NCBI GenBank assembly: GCA_964016885.1
Contig: OZ024746.1
Coordinates: 51,770,001 to 51,834,000 of the forward strand
Direction of reading: 5' to 3'
DNA length: 64,000 nt
Origin: Eledone cirrhosa
Lineage: Eukaryota
The position numbers and the translations under genes were made by a program. Below the pieces are notes generated by a model that was given only the letters and a program-made list of their open reading frames with translations, did not search any database and was not told where the DNA came from. This document shows, in pieces, positions 23,780 to 36,049 of this stretch (positions are counted from its first letter, which is position 1; every line of letters starts with the position of its first letter).

Positions 23780-25862
23780 AGCAAGATGTATGGTAGGTCG
23801 TATGTGAATCGCTATGATCACGTCTGACCTACCAAATATGCGGCGGTAGCTAGTTAAGCTCTATGCGTATAAGCAGAGCAGAAATATTAATGAAAAAGAA
23901 CAAAGGAACTATTATGACATCATAACAAGTTTATTGCCGACAGCCGTTTCGTCCGACCCTTTGGATAGCGTAGACGCCGGACCATACCCGCAAATATATA
24001 CATATCTGTCTTGAATATGCATGGCTGACGCAATATGGATAACACGACCAGCATCTAAGCTGGAACCGACCCCTACAACAAACAAAGAGGGGACAGCCCT
24101 TCGCATTTGACCAGTCGCGTGTGTGCTTGGAGTTCGTAATATACCACCCAAGTCAAATCCACACTGTTTTTTTTACCAATATAGCATGTAAACCAATACA
24201 TCCTATGCAGCGAGACCTTGGATTTAGAACCGGCAGCGTGCAATCCCCGAAACTAAAAGATCGAACGGACCACACCCAGCAACCACTAGCTATTTGATCC
24301 ACAGGTACATTTCCCAGAGAGTCCACGCAGCTGATAGTGAATCCCAGTTAATTCGTGAACTCTGAACTTTTAAACAAGACCAAATGTGCCTGGAGCTATG
24401 CAGATGACTACATACGCATAATGGATATCGCGCCCACAAGGTCACCTGTATTGTTCATCCTGCTGTATGCGTGTAAAGTATCCGTGCGTGGGATATCCCT
24501 GAGTACATTTTCTTGACTATCAATTGTTAATTGATTGTTTGTTAATTAGGCAGGAGTATACCATTATGTCTTTGTTAATCATATGTGATGCTGTGTGTGT
24601 GTAAAGTATCCGAGAGCGGGATATCCCTGAGCTAATTTTGCTTGGCTGTTAATTGTTTATTGATTTTTTGTTAATTAGGCAGGAATATATTATTATGTCT
24701 TTGTTAATCCTGTATCAATAATTTTATAGTAATTTTGTAATAATTTTATAATAATTTTATAATAATTTTGTGATAATTTTATAATAATTTTTTGATAGTA
24801 CATTATTAGATTACTGAAGCTACCTTATACCTTCTTAAAAATACATTTTATAATTATTGTCTTTTAAAAATACATTTTATAATTATTGTCTTTTTGCTTA
24901 TGTATTTTCTTACGTATCATTTTCTTTAATCTTGCCGAACTTGATAAGCTCTTTGAATTGCACCCTAATTAAATTACTTAAATTACTTAAATTATTTTAT
25001 CTATTATACCTAAGTTGTATCTGTTGAAGCAGCCCTTTGAAAATTCCTCGGATATCCCAAATACCGTAATTTTTAACTTTTAATTTATAATTTTCCTCAA
25101 TTCGTTTATACATATCCTTAAAGGCTCTCTAAAATTTTAATTCTTCGAAGGGTCTCTCGGAGAAAGTTCCTATTAAACATATTAAAGGGGCCTTTTCTGA
25201 GGGGTTTATTGAAGGCTTTTTGAATTAACCTTTAATTGATTAGTTTCTTTCAACTTAGTAGGGATTATCAAAACTTCGTAAATTTTCTGAAATTTTTTAA
25301 CGTGATCTCTGGGGAAGAAAGTTTTTTTCTTTCGAAAAAAATTTTTTTTCTCTCGAAGGAACTTCTTAGGAAACTTTATATTTTTTTAGGGAAACTTTAT
25401 ATCTTTATTTTTTTATTTTATTTTATTAGTCTCTTAATCTCTTCTAGTTTGTTAAGTTTATTGGGGCTTGTAAGCTTTATGCACTTATTGACGAATTTTT
25501 TAAGGTGCTTCTACGAGATCCAATGCGTAAATTATAAATTATCTAATTTTTAACCTTCCATCCCTGACTCTTAGGCCCTTTTCAAATTCTCTTAACTCCC
25601 CATAACCCATCCATTTTACAATTCCGACAACTAATATAAAAGAGCCCCCTTAGAATATAGACCCCAAATATACAAGTGGAGCTGCTGATGTATACAACAA
25701 TTTCAAACTGCTAGTCTTAAGTAATACGTTGATGTAAATAATGAACTTACAATCACATGTTATATGCCTTGAAAAGTCCCACCATATGGTCGGACGAAAC
25801 GGCTGTCGGCAATAAACTTGTTATAATGTCATAATAGTTCCGTTGTTTTTTTTCATTAGTAT
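23780..25862. mobile_element. Fold-back family K nested in J (tail 23780-23885, arms 23885-23958 / 25788-25862); degraded PLE-like interior
   Basis: Inverted 75-bp ends and TA flanks. CFYEIQCVNYKL near 25510-25550 loosely resembles a GIY-YIG start. Confidence 0.65.
25765..25811 (+). ncRNA. Hammerhead-like motif, UUGAAAA core variant (family K)
   Basis: tgcc-TTGAAAA-gtcccacc-atat-ggtcggac-GAAAC-ggct-GTC-ggca. All three stems pair. Confidence 0.65.
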
Positions 25863-26044
25863 ATATATATATATATATATATACATACACTCATACATAC
25901 ACACACACATATACACATATATGTGTATATATATACACACATACACATACATATACACATACATACATACACACATAAATATCAACACATCCATACATAC
26001 ACATACATATATACAACCACACACACATATATACACACATATAT

Positions 26045-26077
<33 letters not shown>

Positions 26078-26509
26078 TATATGCATACACATACACTTAC
26101 ATAGCCATACACACATACATATACATACATACATACACACAAGCATACCTATTTACACACGTACATACATACACATACATAAATGCATATATATGCATGT
26201 ACAAAATTAGAAAAATATACACACACCTCTACATATTCACACACGCAAATAAATATAAGAAAAGATATATATAATAAATAAAATAATAAAAAAACTATTA
26301 TGAAGTTGACAGCGATACAGGCAACGAATAAGTGAACAAACACGCGTTGTAAGCAATACACACAAATGCACGTACACATACATACGTAAAAATAAATACA
26401 TACACACACTCACACATAAATATACATATACAAATACATAAACACATACATACACATACACAAATACATACACAAACACACACACAAACATATACATATA
26501 TACACACAC

Positions 26510-26559
<50 letters not shown>

Positions 26560-26694
26560 TAATATATATATATATACATATATACACACATACATATATA
26601 CACACATATATACATACACACACATACATACATAGCTATACAATTATACACATACAAATACGTACATATCACAAACACGCACAACCAAATACAA

Positions 26695-26748
<54 letters not shown>

Positions 26749-26844
26749 AAAACTCAATCTTAGATAATTCATATGAACCTTATATAACTCCAAAATATAC
26801 ATATACATACATATAGTAATATAATAAACAACATAAGGCAATTA

Positions 26845-26904
26845 TTCCATTCACCAGTGGTTTCTTAAAAGCAAAAAATGTTGCCTTCAATCGTCAGAAT
26901 GAAA
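26845..26904 (-). ncRNA. Third family J hammerhead copy with GUG at the cleavage triplet (predicted inactive)
   Basis: Reverse complement: tttcatt-CTGACGA-ttgaaggcaa..ttgcttttaa-GAAAC-cactg-GTG-aatggaa. Confidence 0.65.
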
Positions 26905-26918
26905 ATAACCTGGTCTAT

Positions 26919-27007
<89 letters not shown>

Positions 27008-27485
27008 CACATACATACACATACATTTTGGTATGTAAAGGGTAAGGCAAAAAAATATATATGGGGGGAAAAGGAGGGGGGAAAATGACATAGTAAAAGG
27101 TTAAATATAAGGGGAGATAAGGGAGAAAAAGAATACAAGAGTACAGAACGTGGATTCAGCAGGTAAAAAAATCGTAGTAGAAGTAAAGAGCAGGAGAGGA
27201 GTTTAAGGCGGTTGAGTTATCATAGGAATGTCAATCCAGTTACAGATCAGATGTGATTTCAGATGAGGACAACATCTGAAGATCTCGGTCTTTGAGTTTA
27301 GGCAAGCAGAAGCGGCTCTCAAGTTTAGCAAAATCCTATATTTTTCTGTGGTACACAAAGAACAATTCTTTGTGCCCCTGTGGTACTCCCTCGAATGGTC
27401 TAAGATAGATATGAATGTATGTGTGTGTATATGTATATATGTGTGTATATATGTATGTGTGTATATATGTATATATATATATATT

Positions 27486-28050
27486 ATTAAGGATACAATT
27501 TATGGTTATGTATATAATAAAACCTTTTAAGTTATATATATTTTAAACCCTAAATAGTGAAAGACAGTAATTCATTACTATCTTATTACCAGTAAGATAA
27601 ATAGCTCATGTAACAACATCAGTTGTTTTACAGAGCAGTTATATTACATGAATCAAAGTTCAGTTTAAATCATTTATTTGCTTACAATTGTTTCCTCCAA
27701 ACCGAGATTTGGAGTCTTCGGAGCAACTATTTAGTGATTTTTTACATACTTGACCTCCTTTTCAACACAAGAGACATATAGAAACATATTTATATATTGA
27801 CCCACAGTGGGTTGACATCCATAATAATAATAATTATGATAAATATTATGATGGATAATAAATATTATGATGGATGTCAACCCACTGTGGGTCAATATAT
27901 ACATATGTTTCTATATGTCTCTTGTGTTGAAAAGGAGGTCAAGTATGTAAAAAATCACTAAATAGTTGCTCCGAAGACCCCAACCCTCGGTTTGGAGGAA
28001 ACAATTGTAAGCAAATAAATGATTTAAACTGAACTTTGATTCATGTAATT
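27486..28050 (-). mobile_element. Fold-back insertion family A copy 3 (arms 27643-27828 / 27864-28050; hammerhead-like motif 27966-28014 on +)
   Basis: Homologous to 11287-11820. Nested in the loop of J. Confidence 0.85.
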
Positions 28051-28159
<109 letters not shown>

Positions 28160-28582
28160 ATGTATATGTGTGTGTATATATGCATATGTGTGTATGTATT
28201 TGTGTATGCGTATGTATGTGTTTATGTATTTGTATATGTATATTTATGTGTGAGAGTGTGTGTATGTATTTATTTTTACGTATGTATGTGTACGTGCATT
28301 TGTGTGTATTGCTTACCACGCGTGTTTGTTCACTTATTCGTTGCCTGTATCGCTGTCAACTTCATAATAGGTTTTTATTATTTTATTTTTTATATATATT
28401 TTTTCTTATATTTATTTGCGTGTGTGAATATGTAGAGGTGTGTGTATATGTTTCTAATTTTGTACATTCATATGTATGCATTTATGTATATGTATGTATG
28501 TACGTGTGTAAATAGGTATGATTGTGTCTATGTATGTATGTATGTATATGTATGTGTGTATGGCTATGTAAGTGTATGTGTA

Positions 28583-28643
<61 letters not shown>

Positions 28644-28994
28644 ATATATGTGTGTATATATGTGTGTGTGGTTGTATATATGTATGTGTATGCATGGATG
28701 TGTTGATATTTATGTGTGTATGTATGTGTATATGTATGTGTATGTGTGTATATATATACACATATATATGTGTATATGTGTGTGTGTATGTATGAGTGTA
28801 TGTATATATATATATATATATGTGTGTGTGTATGTATACATTTGTGTGTATGTGTGTGTGTGTGTTTGCATGTGTGTTTTTATTTTTATTTTTTAATTTT
28901 ATTTTTCCTTTCCTTCTTCCTTCTCCAGCCTCACTTTCATATAGATTACATTTTTGTTTTTAAAATCCAAATTCAATAAACAGACCAGGATTCT

Positions 28995-29054
28995 TTTCAT
29001 TCTGATGATTGAAAGCAACATTCTTTGCTTTTAAGAAACCACTGGTAAATGGAA
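28995..29054 (+). ncRNA. Canonical type I hammerhead ribozyme (family J, right arm)
   Basis: Stem I tttcatt/aatggaa, CTGATGA 29002-29008, 10-bp stem II, GAAAC, stem III acc/ggt, GTA 29045-29047. Confidence 0.85.
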
Positions 29055-29163
29055 TAATTGCCTTATGTTGTTTATTACATAACTATTAAGCTCTGTTACC
29101 TACATAGAGCACTCTTTTTTCCTGGACTTTTCCGACGGAATTACTTCATTTATATATATATAT

Positions 29164-29506
29164 ATTAAATTCAAAGGGATATATGTATATAATTAGACAT
29201 AGTTACAGATACATATATGAGTTTGGCTACCTTTCACGGTCTGGCTCAATTAAGTATTAATTAAATTAAGAAAATAATTATTAATTAGAGCTATATATAA
29301 AATTGCAAGTTTGAAGAATTATCTCGTTTAAAAGATTATTTATGTGGTTGATTTCTACGGACTAGAGGGAGGAAATACTGTATATCTATTTTATATTTTA
29401 TCTAATAATTCTTCAAACTTGAAATTTTATATATAGCTCTGATTAATAATTATTTGCTTAATTAATTCTTCGGCGTTTGTAATATACTAGTGTATTACAA
29501 ACGCTG
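29164..29506. repeat. Degraded fold-back family G (arms ~29262-29322 / 29405-29466) plus small hairpin 29472-29505
   Basis: ataattattaattagagctatatataaaatt..agtttgaagaattat and its reverse complement. gcgtttgtaatatactagtgtattacaaacgc. Confidence 0.6.
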
Positions 29507-29793
29507 TGTATAATTTTAATCAGTTTTTCCGATGATTTGATTAGGCATAAATTGTATTTAAAATTGAGTGACACAACTTCAAGTGATTAGCAATTTTTAG
29601 ACAACTTAATTAATGAAAAAATTGTTAATACTGTAAATAAAACCCTTTTTGTACTGTTGACCATGTTATTCTTCACTCTTTCACTATTATTACTCCAAGA
29701 TTAATCTGCATAGCAATTCCCGAGAACTCGCAAAATCGGAGTATTCACAACCTCTAACTCGATTACCTATAACGATAATTTGTTATCCCATTC

Positions 29794-29917
<124 letters not shown>

Positions 29918-29998
29918 GAAAAGTATAGAAATTGTTGTAGCGAGAAGCTAACAGTATTCCATAACATATATATATATATAAAAATATATATATATATA

Positions 29999-30528
29999 TA
30001 AAATTTATTTTGAAACTTTTTCTTATTTCCTAAACCTTGATTATATATGTTCTGGCTCTTTAATTTATTAACCTGCCATTGAACTACATTGGCATATGGT
30101 TGGACAATACATGTGACCCTAGACACTTTTTGCGTGTAGGGATATATACGTTATTATTATTATTCTCGTCGAGATAAAATTTGGTCGTTCTGACTGCTGC
30201 TAGTTATAGAGGTAGTAGACTGACCTCCCTGCCTCTGCTTCTATCTTTACACACGGCAGTGGACAGAATTGCTTCCACATCATTCATTCTCATCTCGGGA
30301 ACAATTTTGAATAGCGCCAGTACGTAATTTAAACACGGGAATTTTATATTCTCCGAATGAAAAGAACCTTCTGACGAGAGTTTATCTTTTCAATGGAAGG
30401 CCGCAAGGACTGTCCATTTATTTTTGAGACTCGAAACCGATTCGGTAAAGGTAACCATAGTGAGTACAGTGAATTTTTTAAAATTTATTTTGAAACTTTT
30501 TCTTATTTGCTAAACCTTGATTATATAT
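29999..30528 (+). mobile_element. Retrozyme-like unit: 480-bp period, ~50-bp terminal direct repeat, one hammerhead, no ORF
   Basis: 30001-30048 matches 30481-30528 with one mismatch, offset 480. Flanked by (TA)n. Confidence 0.65.
30366..30452 (+). ncRNA. Canonical type I hammerhead ribozyme with extended stem II
   Basis: acctt-CTGACGA-gagttt...agactc-GAAAC-cg-att-cg-GTA-aaggt. The stem II extension aatgga/tccatt is capped by cc-GCAA-gg. Confidence 0.9.
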
Positions 30529-30545
30529 ATATATATATAAATATA

Positions 30546-30721
30546 TATGAAAAAGTATGACACCGACGGCAGAGCTCAAGCCGTTTCGACGGCTATTTCG
30601 TCGAAGCGGCTTGAGCTCTGCCGTCGGAGTCATACTTTTTCCTATTTCCCAATCTACTACCCTAAGTATTGAGTACTCTGGTGCGTTATGGTCCATCCGG
30701 TTCCTTTCCACAATTCCTTTG

Positions 30722-30723
<2 letters not shown>
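30546..30723 (+). mobile_element. Fold-back family H copy
   Basis: Hairpin 30549-30641 followed by tail ...gtactctggtgcgttatggtccat...gtt(TA)n. Confidence 0.8.
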
Positions 30724-30766
<43 letters not shown>

Positions 30767-30770
<4 letters not shown>

Positions 30771-31031
30771 AAAATGAAGGTTTTTTTAAATGAAAAAAAC
30801 GAGATGTCCTACACGAGTGAAAGTATAAGGAAAAAAGATGAAATCGAAAATGCAACTGGAGTCTTTTTAAGAACATTTATTTGTTTCATTTATCGCATCA
30901 AATGCGAGAAAAACCACAAACCCTCCATTTCAATTCTACTTTTAAAAAGCATAAGAACTGTGAAACCGGTAAAGGAAACAAATAAATGTTCTTAAAAAGA
31001 CTCGAGTTGCATTTTCGATTTCATCTTTTTT

Positions 31032-31036
<5 letters not shown>
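30767..31036 (-). mobile_element. Fold-back family F (tail 30767-30825, arms ~30826-30895 / 30968-31035)
   Basis: aggaaaaaagatgaaatcgaaaatgcaact... and its reverse complement. Hammerhead 3'-half remnant GAAACCGGTAaagg at ~30962-30975. Confidence 0.7.
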
Positions 31037-31099
<63 letters not shown>

Positions 31100-31106
<7 letters not shown>

Positions 31107-31575
31107 ACCCCAGTAGAGATAGATAGATATCTGGGTAGATCGTATATATATATATATTTACCCCAGTAGAGGTAGATAGATAGCTGCGTAGATCCTGTGT
31201 ATATATCTACCCCAGTATATGTAGATAGTATACCCCAGTATATGTAGATATGTTGGTGGGTAGATAGTTAGGTAGGTAGATATATTTCTTTAGGTAGGTA
31301 TATCGATAGGTAGATATATATATTTCTTTAGGTAGGTAGATCGATAGGTAGATACGTAAGCATATAGGTAGGTAGGTAAGTAGGTAGGTAGGTATGTATG
31401 TAGGTAGGTAGGTAGATAGATAGGTAGGTAGCTAGATAGATAGATAGGTAGGTTGGTAGGTAAGTAGGTAGATAAATAGGGAGGTTGGTGGGTAGGAAGG
31501 TTGAAGGGTTGGCAGGTGGGTTGGTAGGAGTTTAGGTAGGTAAGTAGGTAGGTAGGTAGATAGAAAGATAGATAA
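31100..31575. repeat. (TAGA)n/(TAGG)n compound microsatellite with a tctaccccagta minisatellite
   Basis: Direct reading. Confidence 0.85.
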
Positions 31576-31975
31576 ATTTCTTTATTAGCCACAAGGGCAC
31601 AAAAGAAGGGGACAAATACAAATGGTGAGTTTACATACAGGTAAATGAAAATAAAAGTATTAATAAAATAATAATAACAATTGAAATCCCCAATAGGGGG
31701 GAGGCGTTACACAGGGGTTGTACAGACCCCGAAAGAAAATGTACAACCCTCATCTCCAGGAGCACCAAGAGTGAGTACTCCCTTCCTCTCTTCCTCTTTT
31801 TCCTCAACCTACAGGCTTATATAGAGAGAAGGCCCAACCGCTTGGGCAGATCTTTTTCGAAGGATAGATAGATAAATTTCTTTATTAGCCACAAGGGCAC
31901 AAAACAAGGGGACGAAAACAAATGGGGAGATTACATACAGGTATATGAAAATAAAACTATTAATAAAATAAGAAG
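31576..31975 (-). mobile_element. Two short Tx1 3'-end fragments, each starting at a GATA tract
   Basis: tttctttattagccacaagggcac at 31577 and 31877, each preceded by gatagata. Confidence 0.8.
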
Positions 31976-32253
31976 GATAGATAGATAACTTTCTTTTTAT
32001 TTGCCACCAGGGCATCAAAAAGTGGGACATGTACAATGGGGGAGTTTACATAAAAAGGCGTCCTCAATAAGGAGGAGGCAATAACAAAATATAAAAATAA
32101 TATATAAAATATAACAAAAATAAATTTAATAACAAAATCCTCAATAGGGAGGAGGCGCCTTGGGGGGTCGCACACACCCCCGAAAAAAGTGTGCAACCCT
32201 TCTCCTCAGGAGCACAGAGAGGGGATGCTCCCTTGATCTTTCATCTTCCTCAC

Positions 32254-35200
32254 CTATAGTCTGATGTAGAGTGAAGGCCCATTCACACGGGCCATTCTCG
32301 CCACTTTCACCCATCTTTCATAAAAACGGCTGGGGTGCTGCACCTCTCTCTCCATCCTGATCCTTCTTCCGAAATGATATCGGAAGAAACGGACCAGTTG
32401 TTGGCCAGAGAGAAAGGTGTCTGACCTCAGTCCTTTCAGACGCGTCCACCATACAACCTCTCTCGCCATGGCTATTACGCACAGAAACACCGCCTCTTCT
32501 TCGTTTTTGAAGAGGGGAGGCGGCTTGATCGTTACAATAGACTCGGTGGTCAACCGGATCGGTCCCACTCTACAGCAGTTGTTCGACATAGCCCCACAGA
32601 TAGGCAATGCCCGAGCAGTGTACCAGTGCGTGTGCAACGGTTTCCTCGTCGCACACGCATCTGGGACAGATACTTTTCGAGGGGTCCCTACCCGGGAACC
32701 TGTGTCTGTAGAGCCTTTCTCGAACGGGCAGAGACCCTCGGTAGCACTACCAGACCAGGGACCTCTGGAAGTTATCCATGGGTCCCGGGCTGAATGTCCT
32801 ACCGAACAAGTTGGCCAGTTCGTCTTCCTCCATGCCTAGGGCTTCTCCGAGGGCGTCGTCGCACCTGCTAAACACCAGCCCTCTATAGAATGACGAGGTG
32901 AATTCTCCACTGACAGCCGGGTCCGCCTGCCAGAGAGCCGTGAGCGCCTGGGCACACTCGGTGTGCCAGGCGCCTAGTTTTCTCGGTCTTTGCTTGACCC
33001 AGGATTGCAGCGCGGTGAGCGAGATGAGTCTGGGAAAGGCTCGCCTCACAACCGGGGCCCACACCGGTTGACCGGTGAGGAATACCTGGAGGTGCCGTAC
33101 CCTTAGTGCGTGGTTACGTATCATTAGCCACGGCGTCGCTAGCCCTCCTTTCGAAGGGTGTTGACAGCAGATGGATCTCCTCACCATAGGAACCCGCTTC
33201 TTCCAAAGGAACTGGAAGAGTGCGCGCTCCATTTTGGCGAGCGTTTCCCTTGGGCAAGGCACAACGGTCAGGCGGTAGTAGATGACGGACGCTATATAAG
33301 TGTTCGCCACCTCCGCCCACTTCTGGGTCAGTGCAAACACCCTGTTCGTTACCTCACCCCAGTTCTTCTCCACTTGGAGGTCTGGTCCGGACCAGACCCC
33401 AGCAACTTCACCGGGCAATCCGTCCAGCGCCCGACGACGCCATCGGAGGGCATCGAGCTGCCCCTCCACGTGCCGAGTTGCAGACCGATCGACTTGTCCG
33501 GGTTCAGCTTAGCCCCTGTAAACCTTTCGTACTCCTCCAGTAAGGTGCCGATCGCCCCGATTTCCGAAGCCGTCCACGCCATTACTGTTACGTCATCGGC
33601 GTAGGCCGACACCGCTTTCCACAATCCCGGTTCCAACGAGATGCCCTGCAACAACTCCAACTTCCGCAGCAGTGGCTCTAGAGTCATTACATACAGAAGG
33701 GAGGAGAGAGGGCATCCTTGTCGGATGGACCGCACGATTTCGAACGGCTCCGAGAGGTAGCCGTTTACCTTGACCTTAGAGCAGATGCGGCTGCTGTGCA
33801 TGGCATTGATCCAGCCCCTGAAAACGGGTCCGAAGCCTGCCGCCGCTAACACCGCATCCAGGTAACCATGGTCGACCCTATCGAACGCCTTAGATTGATC
33901 CAAGTTGATCAGGGCCCCACCAAAGCCGGGTTCGTTCCCAACCCTCTCTATGATGTATCGCATGAGGTGGAGGTTGTCGTGGATGGACCTGGACGGGATA
34001 GCACATGTCTGCGCATCTCCCACCAGGTTTCCCACGACAAGCGCCAACCTCTTTGCTAGCACCTTGGCCAAAATCTGTAACTCTGTATTTAGCAGAGTTA
34101 TGGGCCTGAAATTATTTATATCGTCCCCCTTGTTCTTGTCCTTCCTCACTAGCGTGACTACGCCCTTGGTCACAGCACGGGGAATTCTCCCGTTCTGTTG
34201 CCAGTTGCAGTAGACAGCCTCGAGGAGATAGGGGAACAAGTCCGGCCTAGCTAGATATAGTTCGTATGGAAGACCATCGAGACCCGGAGATTTGCGTTTG
34301 CCGCATTGGATCAGCACGTCCTCTATCTCAGCGGCTGAAATCGGCTCCTCGCAGGACTTCGCCTCCCTGTCCGAGAGAGGCGGCAGGCCGTCGAGGTATG
34401 GACCGGAGTCCACTTCCTCAACCGGCACCCCGCCCCTTCCGAACAATCTGGCAAAGTGCTTTTGAAAAGCCTCGCACATCTGCTTAGGTTCAAGGATCAC
34501 CCATCCATCCTGGTCTCGCAAAGACCGGATAGTGGATCTACTCCCTCATTTGGCTTCTGTCACGCGGGCCCAGCTAACAGCTTTGGTCCCCTCGTTTCCC
34601 AGAGCACGTATTTTGCTTCGGACGATGCAGCCTTCGTGTTTCGCGTCGAAGAACTGGCCCAGGGCCGTTCTCGACGCTAGCACTCTGGCCACGTCGTCGC
34701 TTCTAATTGCCTCTTCTACACTATCTACCAACTCCCTTTCCTTCCTATTTCTATTTGAGGCTAACTCCTTACTAAATTCTATAGAGACTACTCTAATCTC
34801 TCTTTTGGGAGATCCCCACCACCTGCTGTTGACGATGACGCCCGTCAACCGCTCCTTAACAAAAGTGCTAATCCGGTCCCTGTAAGCATTACTTGCCGGT
34901 AAGGACAAGTTGAGCTTCCAGTAACCGGGTCCCTGTCTATGCGTTCTGTCAAGGTTGACCATGCAGGTCACTAACTTGTGGTCTGAATAGCCAACCATGC
35001 GCATTTTTGGACAACTTAAAAAGTCCTTATCCTCATTTCTAACTAAGAACCTATCTAGGTACGACCTAGATGATCCGCTGCGGTTTGCCCAAGTCCAGGT
35101 TGGCGCAGTCGGAAAATCTCGTCGATATCTATCGGCCAGGTCAAATCGACCGATTAACCCTTTGAGGCTATTACACCCCTCTCTATCGGGACAGGCCCCT

Positions 35201-35659
35201 ACGTAGTCCCAACGTGCATCTAGGATACCATTCCACTCCCCCACTAATAGCAAGGAGCGGGACGTCCCTAGAAAAGTCTCCAGACGATGGAAGAAGTCCA
35301 GCCGCATTGACGCGAAAGGGCCGTAGACGGCTACCAACCTAAAAGCTCCGCCTTGACCACTGCCAAGGTCCAGAACCACTAGTCGACCCTCCGGGTCCAA
35401 ATGTACCATCTGTGTTGCGAGACCCAGATGTTTTTTGCAGCAGAACGACAACCCTACCACCACCACCGGGCTGACAGAGAGATGCGTGCATCTCAAAGTC
35501 ATCAAAGGTGGGGGCCAGCTGTCGCACGTTGCTGATCCGGGCCTCGCAAATAACCATCACATCTATACGTTGTGACCTGAGGTCATTTAGAAGCATTGCT
35601 TGCTTCCAAGTTGAGCCCAGGCCACGCGTATTTAGACAGCCTACTCTTAGCATAGCCAT
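32254..35659 (-). pseudogene. Tx1 ORF2 (APE endonuclease + reverse transcriptase), frameshifted
   Basis: GCLNTRG, SYLDRFL, SDHK, GPGYWKLN, KSPGLDG, FRPITLLN, LDQSKAFDRV, RQGCPLS, YADD, spread across ORFs 35339-35716, 34546-35505, 33349-34521, 32747-33469, 32254-32637. Confidence 0.92.
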
Positions 35660-36049
35660 GTTGGTGGTGAAGAGAAAAGGCACTACCCTCTCTGCGTCCC
35701 AGGTAACGGGCTGCACAATTTCTATGAGGGTGGGGGAAGGGTTGTTGGGTGGGGTGGTGGTTTGTGGAAGTGTGGGGGAATCAGTGTTTTGTGTGGCTGG
35801 GGTGTTTGGAGTTGTGTGGCTGTTTGGGGAGGGGGTGGAAAAGTTTTTTTAGGAGGACGCGGTTAATGGGCCCGACGCATGGGGGGGGGGGGGAGGGGGC
35901 ACGTCCTCTTTAAAGTTGTTTTTTAGTTGTTTTATATGTGTCCTCTGGGGCCTTAATCATTTTGAGGTGGGGGAAATCCCCTGCCTGGGTGAAGTTAGGC
36001 CCTTGGGTTTTTACTAAATTGTTGTTGTACACAATGTTTAGCAGTTTTT

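Noticed and set aside
27050-27410. Minus-strand GVPQG suggesting a CR1/L2 RT
   Set aside because: It is an isolated five-residue match with no neighbouring RT motifs.
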